Of a DNA stretch of 64,000 nt, positions 42,195 to 64,000 are shown piece after piece (position 1 is the stretch's first letter; every line of letters starts with the position of its first letter). This stretch comes from the human T2T-CHM13v2.0 reference genome, Homo sapiens. A program made the translations under genes and the position numbers. The notes under the pieces are model-generated. The model did no database searches. It was not told the origin of the DNA and saw only the letters and a program-made list of their open reading frames with translations. The DNA lies in the NCBI RefSeq assembly GCF_009914755.1, contig NC_060941.1; one strand, written 5' to 3'.

Positions 42195-42564
42195 CTGGGG
42201 AGAGAGGACCCCAAACAGGAAGACATGGGCTGAGGGAGACTCCATTCCCTTTCTTTTGCCCTTGAGCAACTAGGCAGTCTTTACCAGTCTCCCTTATTTT
42301 TACAGGATGCTGAGAAAAAAGCTACACTGTCCTTTTTATTCCTTCTGGTGTCTTACCCATATTAGAATTGGGAAGATTTTTTATTTTTGGTTTCCAATCT
42401 CAGGTACCTGCCTCCCACCCTCCCCCCACCCCAAACTTTCTTTTATTCCCAAAGCATAAGAAGCTACTCTTGGCTGTTTAATGACCTCTACTCCCCAGCC
42501 CACCCCCCAGCATGACATTACTGGTGGCCATAAGCTTGAGGGGTGAGATGCTCTAAAACAAAGC

Positions 42565-42860
42565 CTCAAACTATGGTCCCCAGATCAGCAGCATCAGCAT
42601 TACCTGAGAGCTTGTTACAAATGCAAATCCTAGCCTCATTCCAGACCTACTAAGTCAGAAACTCTGGGGATGGCACTCAGCAATCTATTTTTACAAACCC
42701 TCCAGATGCGTCTGGTGCACAGTCAAGTCCGCTGCTCTAAGACCTCACCACTCAAAGGAGTGCCTGGGTGCCAGCAGCATCAGTAGCACCAGGGAGCTGT
42801 TCAGACCTGAAGGATCTCAGGCCTGCCCCAGACCTACCTACGGAATCAGAATCTGCCCCA
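42565..42860 (+). mobile_element. MER5A plus a MER5-like fragment
   Basis: cagcagcatcagcattacctgagagcttgttacaaatgcaaat...cagacctactaagtcagaaactctgggg. Confidence 0.8.
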
Positions 42861-43176
42861 GAGGGCCAAGTCTGGAAAGCCATCTGGAGCCCTCTGAAGC
42901 AGGCTGCATGTTAGATTCAGCGGGGCTCAGTCATAACTGCCAACAGGGTCAGGGGACACACTCTGTGCCAGGTGCTGTACCTGACATATATTAGCCTCTT
43001 ATTCCTCAATAGCCCAACCAAGTGGTTCTAGTATTAGTATCACTTTATGGACCAGAAAACGAACACAGAGAAGTTAAGCAAATTGCCCAAGTTTATTCAG
43101 CCAGGGGGTGTGGGAGACAAGAATTAAATTCAGGCGATTTGACACACACATACTGTTCAAATGAAAAGTATGTAGG

Positions 43177-44010
<834 letters not shown>

Positions 44011-44369
44011 CATTTTCCTCATTTTATAGACATGGAGGCTGTGGCTCCGAGTGAGGTGCTTTACCGAAACCTGCGGCCCAACGTCCTGCTCCCTGAAAGA
44101 CCCATCTCTGCCTTGCCGGCGAGGAGTGTTGGAAGGAGGGATCTTCTGTTTTCAGAGGCCGGGTCTAAGCTACCTGGGGGACTGGGCTGGGGAATTCAGA
44201 CCCCCTAGTGTAAAGCAGAGAAGCCGCCTATGCAGTCGGCTAAGCAGCCGCATTGGGAGTGGGTGGCGAGGCAGGAACCCCACATTAACCCGGCGATCCA
44301 CTTTGGAGCTTTGAGCCTAGCTGGTTCCCCTCCCAGCACCCCCCTCTATTGCTTTCCACTCAATCCCTT

Positions 44370-44990
44370 TGTATTTCAGTTTCCCCGTCCTCCGCCTCCG
44401 CGCCCCACTGCCTTGGGCTGGGCGACTCTCTAGCAGGAGGCGCACGGTAAAGTGATTTGGGCGCCTGGCCCACCTCGCGCTGCGCGTCCGTGGCCTCCGC
44501 CGGGGGATGGAAGGGGAGTGGGTGCCACCGTTCCGGGAACTCGAGAAGGCGGGGGAGGGGCCCGATAGTCCCGGTGCCCGGGTCAGGGGTGTCGTGGCAC
44601 CCTGGCCCGGGGGTCCGCGTCCGATCCGGGTTGGCCGCCCGCGGGGCGCGCCCGGGGAGCAGGGCAGGGGGCCGAGTTCCTGGCGCGGGCTGCCTGCCCG
44701 GCGGCCTCTGGCTCCAGGCCGGAGAAGGCAGGTCCAGACCCCTCCGGAAGCGGGAGCGTGGGCAGCAGGGAAGGACGCGCAGCCCCGGGCCGGGGTCCCC
44801 GAGGAGCCCTCCGGCCTTGGCCGCCGCCAGCGCCGCGCCCCCTCCTGGCAGCGGGCCGGGGAGGGTCGGTCACGAGCGGATGACGGGCTTCCCGGAGCAC
44901 AGCCCGGCCCACGGGCCCGGAGAGAGGCAGGAAACCCGGGCTTAGACGACGGGCGCGGTCGGGGACTGGTTTCCCAATCTTCTCCCGTCC
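44370..44990. promoter_or_regulatory. Intragenic CpG island in MEOX1 intron 1
   Basis: Very GC- and CpG-dense non-Alu segment in an otherwise CpG-depleted intron. Confidence 0.85.
44835..44850 (-). promoter_or_regulatory. CTCF-like motif TGCCAGGAGGGGGCGC
   Basis: Close match to the core consensus CCASYAGRKGGCRS, inside the CpG island. Confidence 0.6.
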
Positions 44991-45227
44991 CGAGGCTTAG
45001 TGTTTCCCAGCCCTTCCTTTCCACGGTTGCGGGGAGTGGATAGCCCAGAGGACCGCAGAGGCTTGAATCCTGAATCTCCATGCTGGAGACTTTGAGGAAG
45101 TCACTTAGCCTCTCTGGGCGTCAGTCTCCTCATCAAGAAATTGAGGAAATTTCACCTACCTCCTAGGGTTATTGGAAGACCGAACGAGTTAATATGTGTG
45201 TGCAACATGCTATTAAAATCTAAAAGT

Positions 45228-49865
<4,638 letters not shown>

Positions 49866-51315
49866 GTCTGGTGCTATAGTCTTTGCTGAGAGTCCCAGGC
49901 GGGGTGGGTTGGTGAGGGGGAAGCGCAGCAGCTTTCAAGAGGGGATGGGGAGAGGCATGGGTAGTTCTGGGTTTTGTTTATAAGTTCCATATGTCACCCT
50001 CAGCTGTCACCAAAGGAAGTGTGGGCTTGAGACCCAGGCCCACTGCTCACGCTGTTCCTGTACCTCTGCATGCAAGAAAAACAAGGGGGAAAAAAAAAGA
50101 AAAGAAAAGGAAGGGGGTGGGTCCTGGCCAGAGGCCAGGGAGCCAAATTGGGTGAGAAGCCCAAGTTATGGGCAGAGAGGGAGTTGGGGAAAAGGGCCAG
50201 CTCTGGAGGTCTGCAGGGGCTGTGAGTCCTGTCTCTCAGGCAGAAAGGATTCTCTGCCTCTGAGTTATCCCCCCTCCCTGGGCCCAAGTGCCCGTGATTT
50301 ATTCAAGCCAGAGAAATAGGTGAGCGGGCAGGAATCCTGAGTCCCTAGCATGGGAGAGTGGCGGAGCAGAGCTGAGGTGACCCCTGGGCTGACCTTCTTA
50401 CAGCTCACGGGCTCATTGGATCTTTCCCTCTTCGATGTTGGTCAGGATCCTGCTGCCTCAGCAGAAACGGACTTTCTCCAGAGTTTCCGACTATACCTGA
50501 TCAGGGGCCTGAGCAGGCCCAGGCGTGGGATTTGTGCTGGAGCCTCTGAGTTCAGATGGTGGCCGAGGCCTGGGTCCTGCTTTGGGCTCTGAGCTTTCTT
50601 TGCTTGTCAGAAGAGGAGGTCAGGAGCTCTAATCAGGAGGCCGGGGATGCCCAGAGGGATACTGGCTGAGTGTGGAGTTGCTGTCTCCCCTCCCACGCTG
50701 GCCACTCTGGACCATAAAACTTCTTCCTCACTAGGGGTTCTGGACATGGACTCGGGACAAGAGGAGCTGCTGCAGCGGTGCACCCCTCAAACCACACCCC
50801 ACCCAGCACTGCCACAACCCTAAGCCAGTAGCATCGTCAGAGTCAGGCAGGCCCGGCTGACAGCAGGGGGCAAAGACTTCAGCAGAGCTCAGGACACTTT
50901 GGCCTGTTTTTGAACGTGGGAAACCTGATGCAGCCAGCCAGCATCAGGGGAGGACTTTAAAGAGAGAGGGGTGCTCATATGTGGGTTTGGGAAAACTGGA
51001 GCCAGGGGTTACCAAGTGTTGGCTGTGGACTCTACATCTCTGATATCATTTAGTCTCACAGCTACCCACCTTATGAAGTAGGTACTGTTACCCTCATTTC
51101 TCAGAAGAGACTCAGGGAGGGTTAGGACTCACCCACGTCCACACAGCCAGGAAGTTGTGGATCAGGGACCTGAACCAGGGCTACCTTGTTAATTCGCTTG
51201 ACCTTAGTCTCTGACCACCCTTCCTCCTATTACTGTACCGTGGCCCAGCAAGAAGGTGAGCATGGGCATGAGGTCACTTGTATGGGACTTGGCATCACTC
51301 TGGCGACCCAGGTGA

Positions 51316-52344
<1,029 letters not shown>

Positions 52345-52597
52345 AACTGCCTCCACTTTTTATGTCTGTACTTGTTGGTGTAAGATAGGAAATCAGGGAT
52401 CTGCTTGTGGCTAGAAACAACTTCCTGTCTCAGTGGAAAAGCTCTACCAGCCGACAGGACCCTGAGCTAGGAAAGCTCTGGGGTCAGGCACACATCTGGG
52501 TGCTGCTTTCACTAAAGGGGTTTTCAACTGAAGGGTCTGTGCCACAGTTTGAACCTTGTCCCTTGTTCCTGTCCCCGTACAGTCCTGTACAGTCCCT

Positions 52598-52776
52598 ATA
52601 AGGGCAGAATTGTGCTTCCCTCCCCAATTCCTATGTTGAAGCCCTAACCCCAGTACCTTAGAGTGTGTCTGTATTTGGACATAGGGCCTTTAAAGAAGGG
52701 ATTAAGTTAAAATGAGGCTGTTAGGGTGGGTCCCAATCCAATCTGCCTGATATGCTTATAAGAAGGGGAGATTAGG
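52598..52776 (+). mobile_element. MLT1A/B-like LTR 5' part
   Basis: aattcctatgttgaagccctaacccc...gtatttggacatagggcctttaaaga. Confidence 0.8.
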
Positions 52777-54545
<1,769 letters not shown>

Positions 54546-55490
54546 AAAAGGAGATTTCAAATATAAGATGTCCCAGGTAAGAAACCTCAGAAGAGTTCCT
54601 TTATGAAACAACTGCAAGCTAAAGTGAGAAAATCAACACAGATTCTAGCAGATACTAGACTTCGACATTTCTTAACTGTAGCTTTCTTTGATACTATGTT
54701 ATATGCAAATGTAGCTATAAATTTTTGAAAAAGAAGAACAAAAATATTCTTGGAAGGGGTTGTTTTTGAGCTGGGTGGTTTTTAAGTAGGACTTCAACAG
54801 GCAGAAGTACGGGGAAGGGGAGAGTGCTCTAGGCAAGGAGAAACCACCAGAGCACAGTCAGAGAGGGGGAAGAAAATGCAGGATGTGTTTGCAAGGTCAG
54901 TCCCTGGGTGTGGCTTCGTGGCAGGGGTAGTGGAGGGGACCTGGGGCGGGGAGGTGGCCTGTAAAGGGGCATCAGGAGGGAAAAGAGGAGAGAGGCCTAT
55001 TTGTGGAGTTTTATACCTTAGGCAAATTTGTGGTTGGGCGGAGGCAGGCATAGAGCAGGTCTTGCAAAGAGAAATTGGGGCAGGACAGCTCTGGGAACAC
55101 ACGTGTTGGAGCTGAAGAAGGATGAGACAAATCACGTCTGATTAAAGGCATGTCTCAGCAGAGTGAGGACGTGAGAGCAGGAGGGAGCAGTGCTGAGTTC
55201 TAGCACCATGGCTTTCCCAGGCGGGCGATCGGATTCACCTGTAGCCACTCTAATCACACGCAACCTTCCCTTGAACCCCATGAGGAAACCACCGCAAAAT
55301 CCTTCATTCCCATAAATTAAAGACAACCACAGTAGCAAGGACAGTTTGGGGGAAAACAACAGTGGCCTCACAGCTGTCCCTGCCAGCAGGGGTCTTTAAT
55401 CCCCATTGGCCTGGGGCTGGGAGTGGTTTGGGTAAGATAACACCATGCTGGTCTCCAGGGTGGGGAAGTGCCAAAGGCCAGGAACCCTGC

Positions 55491-55547
55491 TTTCTTTCTT
55501 TCTCCCCGTTTGTTCATTTTCTTTCTTTCTTTTTCTTTCTTTCTTTC

Positions 55548-55595
<48 letters not shown>

Positions 55596-55727
55596 TCCTT
55601 CCTTCCTTCTTTCTTTCTTTTCTTTCTTTCTTTTTCTTTCTCTCTTTTTCTCTCTGTCTCCTTCCTTCCTTCCTTTCTTCCTTTCTCTCTCTCTTTCTTT
55701 CTTTCTTTCTTTTTTTTTTTTTTTTTG
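55491..55727. repeat. Complex (TTTC)n/(TTCC)n polypyrimidine repeat at an Alu tail (Alu 55710-56023, -)
   Basis: Direct reading; flanking aaccct(t)gctttctt duplication. Confidence 0.93.
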
Positions 55728-55756
55728 ATGTAGTCCCGCTCTGTCACCCAGGCTGA

Positions 55757-56237
<481 letters not shown>

Positions 56238-56767
56238 TGAGCTCCATGCTCCTGATGACAACTGGAACAAAATGATTGCCAGAAGTTCTCTAGACTCAGG
56301 AATTTCTGAGACAGCATAATTGAAATATTCAATTCCACCATCCCCATAAATATAGAAATATTTGTCAGACCTTATATTCTGAAGGCTGGTTCAGGAAATA
56401 TGGGCCTAATACCATTTACAGCTGCTATTTATTGAACTCTTACTATGTGCCAGGCACAGAGTTAATCTCATGGATCACTGCATCTAACCTTCACAGAGAG
56501 ACTCTCTATGGAAGGGGCTACTGCTATATGCCCATTTTACAGCCAGGGAAACAAAGGCTGGAAGAAGTTATGAACTTTTCCAAAGTCATGCAGCCAAAAG
56601 TTGCCGTGCTGACACTGCAGCCTGTCTGTCTGGCTGGGAAGAACTATGGAAAACGCGTTTCTGATCAATGCTGGTTAACCTTCCAGGGACCACTCAGCCT
56701 GGACTTGGGGAGGCCCAAATGCAAGGGCATGCCCAACCCCTCTGTAGTCAAGATCAATAATATTTTA

Positions 56768-57124
<357 letters not shown>

Positions 57125-58083
57125 TCACAATTTTGGAGAGGGGATCCAATTATAGACTCAGGATTGGCAGGGTTGGGTGGGGGGCTCTCTGTGGGTTTGC
57201 CTTTTCTGAGCTGAATTCCAGATTCCTGGAGTAGGTCATGAGCCTTGCGTCACTTTCCCCCTTCTTTGGGCTCTTACAAAGCTGATCTTTCTTGCCTCCT
57301 TCCTCCCCTTCAGTTAAATTCCAAAGGAGGATGCAAGCATTGCGGCAATAAAGATTTCCATGCTGAACAGTGAGTTTGTCTGGAATCACAGGGGGATGAG
57401 TGAGAGTCAGCTCACTGGGCCCTGCCTCATCTGCTGCTGGTGCTCCTGAGGGGACCCTTAGGGAAGCCCAGGGCCCCTGCGGATGGGAACCTCCCTCCAC
57501 CAAAGTCTGACCCTGAAGCATGCAGGCCGTTCAGCCGAGGGTGTCCCTGTACTCCTGGGTGGCCAGCTGCTTAGTGTGAATGGTCTCTCTGCATTGCAGG
57601 GCCATCGGCCACTCGCCAAAAAGAGAGCTGGTGCATTTGGGTTTTGCTGAGACTCGGAATGCTGGAAGATTCTGCCTGAGCCCAGCAGGCTCTTGGCTTT
57701 GCTATCCCTTCCCAATGCCCTTGGCTGTCAGTTCTCTGGAAAGTGGCAGAGAGGAAGGAGCCACAGTGCTGCGTGCCGCCACCAAGGGGAAAGCTCTTCA
57801 ACCAGGTTCAGAGCCAAGTCGCTGAGAGTTGCTTCTCATCCTTAGCACATTTCCTACCAGGGGCAGGATGAGTTAATTTTCGGGATGGGGATCTAACTGG
57901 CTGGCGGTTTAAAGGGCCCTTCTATTTAGCAGCCATGAGGGCTGCTAGAGTTCCTATCTCCCATTGAAGAAGGGGCTTCTTCAAGCAGACAGACCAAACA
58001 TCATTTCAAAATGAGGACTGCATTTGAAATCTACTGAAGGGGGTGATACCGGGGGCCTGAAGCCTGGGGTTTGAGCTCACTTC

Positions 58084-58194
58084 TAGGGTGACCAATTCTT
58101 CTGTTTGCCTGGGACTGTGGGGTTTCCTACGACAGGATTTTCAGTGCTAAAACTGGAAAAGTCCTGGGCAAATGGAGATGAGCTGCTCACTCTA
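58084..58194 (+). mobile_element. MER94-like hAT-Blackjack MITE
   Basis: Terminal TAGGGTGACCA ... TGCTCACTCTA; internal tttgcctgggact/agtcctgggcaaa inverted repeat. Confidence 0.7.
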
Positions 58195-58317
58195 GTTTGA
58201 CCCCATTCTTTCTGTGTTCTCACCAACTTTCAGTCTTTCATTTTGCAGATTGAGAGAATCAAGGTACTAATAAAACCTGCTGTCCCCATCTCCCAAACCC
58301 GTGGGACTCAAAAGAGC

Positions 58318-58325
58318 TGACGTCA
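58318..58325. promoter_or_regulatory. Palindromic CRE (TGACGTCA) in proximal intron 1
   Basis: Exact 8-mer with its CpG retained; function unknown. Confidence 0.35.
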
Positions 58326-59602
58326 GTATCCCATGGCACCTTAAGCCTCCCCATCAGGGCACATCCCACTGCTGACACACCTCTGCAGGCCTCTTCTTCC
58401 TCTCAGTTTGAGCTTTCTTGGGTGAGACCCCTTTATTCATCTCAGAGCATTCCTGGGCTTGGCTAAGAGCAGAAACTCGGGAAAGCTGTGCTTATAAAGC
58501 AAAGCACAAAGCATTCCCACCTGTTGGTTGGTGTCCTTCTTTTCTGTCCTGCCCTGGTTAGCCCCATGGGAAGGTCCTCTACAGGCTCCGACAGACAGGC
58601 GTGCCCCTGAGGGCGGCTGTCAGGAGGAAAACAGGGCAGCACGGGCAGGAGGCTTGGTCACTGCTTTGTTCTGAACGAGGCCGGGACAAGGAACCAGACA
58701 AAAGGTGGACAGGTATAGTGAGCAACCAGGGAGGGCCTGGTGGGGAGGTGAGGAAGCAGCAGGTCCCCACCCTGGGGAAGAGAAGGGCTTTAGCTGGAAT
58801 CTTAACAAATAGGCCAATCTCATCCTCCAGCCTCTGGGACTCCAGCACGGACTCCCTTGGCTGCCTGCCTCCCTGACTCTCTCAGAGGCTGCCCATCCCT
58901 TGCAGCTCCTTGCGGGGCTGCCTTCCTGGGGGGTCAGCCAGATCTCAGCATGCTGAGTTGTCTGTCCCCTTGGCCTGGACATGGCCCAGCTCCGCAGGGT
59001 GATATCTGGTGGGCAGTCTGCCCCAAACCTCAGCCCTCCATCTCCCCCTCACCCCTTGATTCTCCCATCCCAGCCGCAGGCCTGCTTCTCTGCCTCTAGG
59101 CTCCTGGACACATAGGGTCTTGGCTTTGGGTGGCCACCCAGGGTCCCAGCTTCAGTCTTAGCTCTCAGAGCCTTAACCTCAGCTGAACTTCCCTGGTAAG
59201 CGAGCCCTGTGGCTCTAGGACCACTTGGGGCTGGCCAAAGCATGGTGGGGAGGAGGATGACTCAATGGCAGCCTGATTCAGGAAAGCCCCTCACCAGCCC
59301 TCGCCAGTCTGCACCCAGAGGATCCATTTCACGTGTCCTCCAAATCCTGGCTGATCCTGTTTCATTCTCTTGCTGGACACCCTTTCTGGGGCCCAGGAGT
59401 GCTGGGACACAGACATGGTCCCCATCACCAGAGAATCCTAGAACTCTCAGTGGAAGAAACCCCAAAGGTAACTGGTCCAGTCTCCTGCATTTGGATGGAC
59501 TAGACAGAAATTCATGCTCAGAGCACCTAGGCACAGAGAGGGTGAGTAACTTCCCCAGGGTCACACAGTAAAGGAATGATCAGCTGCTCCTGAGCCACCT
59601 AC

Positions 59603-60071
59603 CTGAACTCTCCTTTCTCCGCCTGGATGATTTCTTCTCTGTCTCATTGGCAGTGCTCCCAAGCACCCCGTAGTCATCGCCTGGGCCTCCTGTGGTGTCC
59701 ACCAGGCCCAGGCTGCTGGTCCCCATTTCCTTGGAACCCCCTGCCGGGCCTGAGTTGGGCCTGCGCCGGGCGTCTGAGACAGGGAAGTGCCAGTTGGGGG
59801 ACTGTGGGAAAGCGGGGTGCTGCTCAGTGAAGATGTGCTCCTCCTGGGGCAGGCTGTGTGGGGTGGCTGCCAGGCAGGAGGCTGAGAAGTCAGGGTACGC
59901 TGCCGTCGCTGTCGCCAGGAAGTCTGGTTTCTGGTGGAAGGAGAACGGGGTGGGCGGGTAGTGGGGTAGCCCTGAGGCCCCATTGCCTTCCGAGTGGGGG
60001 TTTCGAAGGCAGCCCCAGACAGGGGCTGGGGGCTGGAGGCTCCTCATGCAGCTGCTGGCCGCGGGATCCAT
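59603..60071 (-). CDS. MEOX1: MEOX1 coding exon 1 (469 nt; MDPAASSCMRSLQPP...SSRRRKESS)
   Basis: ATG at 60071-60069; the translation in ORF 59580..60134 matches the MEOX1 N-terminus as I recall it; donor CAG|GTAGGT at 59602, phase 1. Confidence 0.98.
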
Positions 60072-61100
60072 CTGCTGTCCGCTGCACGCCTCGGTCCTTT
60101 CAAAGATTTGATTCTTTATACTTTTTATGTTCAAATTTTTAAAAATGCAAAAGAAAAAAAACTAAATAGGAGGGAAAAATGTTCAACAGAAAATTTACCC
60201 CAGGAACCAAAAAAAAAAAAAAACCCAAAACTAAAGTCTCTCCTTAAAGTACACACACATGTGGCCAGCTACTCCTATGTGTGTGCACACACCTATGTCG
60301 GGCTTGCTCCTGCCCCTCCAATGCACCAGCCTACCTACTGGGATCCCCTGTATGTGTATTTGTCGCCAATGACACTAAACATTTTCACTGTCCCAACCCA
60401 GACGCACCAGCTGACGAGGAGTTCGTCCTGGAGCCCAGAGCAAATGCCTGCAGAGGGCTGGACCAGGGCTGCTGGGACACACTTTTAAATCCTGCGGTGG
60501 GGAGAGAGTGACAAATTTCTGAAGTGAAATGTGAGAGAGGAGAGGGAGGGGTTAACCCACACACACAAGATCCCCTCCAACCAAAACCCTAGCAGGCAAC
60601 TATTAATCATCAGAAACCTTATATGCACATCTAATGGGATTTGCAGATGGAGACTTTTAAAGAAACATTGTCTGTATTTTTTTTTTAAGGAAAGAGAGCA
60701 GCACACACACACATACACACACACCGTCTTTAATGTGCCTCCTGTAACACTATGAAGTTATTTTTATTGCACTGTTAACAAAATTCCCCAAGTCTTGGAT
60801 TTAGAAAAAGCCTTAAGTCAGATCCAGAATCCATCAAATGCCAAATTCCAGGGAGTGAAGTGAGGAATAAGAGCAAGAGACAAGCTTGGTGATTGCATTT
60901 GATTTAAAGGCCCTTCTACTGCTGCCTGCGAAAAAGGAAGGTGGATTAAAAGAAATCTTTTTTGCAAGTCTCAGCGGCCCACTGTGGTCTGCAGTACAAA
61001 GAAAGGCACACTCTAGAAAAAAAGAATTTCTCTCTGCCCAGAGTGACATTCTCACTTTCTCAGTAACTTAAAAAAACAATCAGATTCTTCCTTCCGCTCT
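60072..61100 (-). promoter_or_regulatory. MEOX1: MEOX1 5' UTR and proximal promoter
   Basis: Repeat-free region upstream of the ATG; TATAAA (-) 60115-60120; TTTAAAA (-) ~60483-60489; TGATTAAT (-) 60602-60609; TGATGGAT (-) 60829-60836; TGACA at 60509 and 61044. Confidence 0.7.
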
Positions 61101-61903
61101 TTAACCTCCAACATACATGCCAATTAGCCACACTCTTCTCTAGAGAGGTTTCAAGTCATTTTTCTTCACAGCAATGGCAAGGCTCTTAAATAAGGTCCTT
61201 GAAGTTTCTTCGGGTCTCCTCCCACCTGCTCCCTGCCCCCTTCACCTCCACCCACCTGCTTCCCTTTCTCATCCCCCAGAGGCGGAGGCTTCCGAGGAAT
61301 TTGGGGTAGGGAAATAGGAATCAGGGGCTCCTCATTCCCCAAAGGAGCCTCTTTGGCAAGCAGGCACGTGGGTCTCCGGGCTGGTGCACATCACAGGGCA
61401 GCCAGCCCAAGTGCCATCTTGATGCCCAGTCTTCCTCATGGCTGCGCCCTGCTGGTCTCTCAGAGGGTTAATGCAATTTCTTGGAGGACGACATTCCTAA
61501 CACCCAGGGGCCAGAACTCCTTCCCCACTGGTTATTCCCATGGCCCAGAGCAGCAGGATGGGGGCAGAAACAGGCATGGACCTTAACAGCAGCGTCTCTG
61601 CTGGCTGCTTCCAAAGACGGCGAGGGTTCCCTGAGGAGGGGCCCCTAGGTCTTAGCTCTGCAGCCTGGAGGTGGGGCCCTGGGGGGTGGGTGCAGGAGAT
61701 GCTCCTAGGAGGAGCCGAAGGGCACCCAGGGATGTGGAATGAAGCCACGACTGGCCTTTAATCCAGAAACTCCAGTCAGATACACATCCTGGGAGCAGGA
61801 GCAGCTGTAAAAGATGGGGAGGGGTGTACATATGAAAAGATGTGCCCTCTTCTGGAACAAGCGGTCAGAGTGTTGTAGACCAGTAGAGTGGATGGGGTCA
61901 TAG

Positions 61904-63510
<1,607 letters not shown>

Positions 63511-64000
63511 AAGAAATCCTTTATGCAAAAGGCAGAGTAAGTAATGGACAAATGTGGCTCCCTTCCTAGCACATCTATTTCTGGTTAACCTCGATGATCC
63601 CAAAGGGTGAACCTGGGAATGGGGAGTTCTGAGGAAATTCTACAGAAACAGCCTTGTGAGGTCCTTTGTGGGGGGCACGCTGTGCTGTGGGGGTTCTGGA
63701 AGGAATCCGTGGGAGGCTGGGAGGAAGATCTGGCTTGTCAGCTTCCCTAGGAAAACCTTCCCCTGGGCTGGCCGCAGGCTGTAACCGGATTCCTGCTCCA
63801 CCTCTGCATCTGGCCCAGGGACCTCATGGCAGGGAGGCCCAGCGCCTGGCCCTTTGCCCCTGGACGGGGTGGGCCCTGGGTCATGGTGGGGTGGGTGGGG
63901 AGGTCAGGAGGGCCATGGGGAGGGGGCGCGGTGGGGTGCTTTGCCCTGAGAACACAGGCCTCTGGCACCCCGGAGCCCCCGGCAGCTGCTGGCGTCTGTC

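Noticed and set aside
44317-45081. Long overlapping ORFs (254, 178, 162 and 109 aa) in the CpG island
   Set aside because: Low-complexity Pro/Arg/Gly/Ala translations expected from stop-poor GC-rich DNA; no recognisable domain.
59580-60134. 184-aa ORF as a single-exon gene
   Set aside because: It is MEOX1 exon 1 read from an upstream TTG and through the splice donor.

Overview
Human (primate) genomic DNA with roughly 60 Alu copies or fragments by eye count, plus L1, L2, L3/CR1, MIR, MaLR/ERV LTR and hAT relics. The only protein-coding gene I can support is MEOX1 (mesenchyme homeobox 1, chr17q21.31) on the minus strand. Its three coding exons are 60071-59603, 42194-42022 and 40566-40444 (469+173+123 = 765 nt, 254 aa, all GT-AG introns). 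The 3' UTR runs about 1.5 kb to tandem AATAAA signals near 38930-38944. The promoter carries PBX-HOX/MEIS motifs, and intron 1 holds a CpG island with CTCF-like motifs. Positions 1-38900 are intergenic DNA downstream of MEOX1. Most ORF-track entries are Alu or simple-repeat artefacts. I found no convincing new multi-gene system. The least explained items are a ~116-nt near-perfect hairpin just after a GC-box/TATA-like sequence (16728-16843), an exact 24-nt dispersed duplication, motif-dense unique blocks that may be distal MEOX1 enhancers, and inverted Alus around the frame-shifting exon 2. Repeat subfamily names are from memory and repeat boundaries are approximate.
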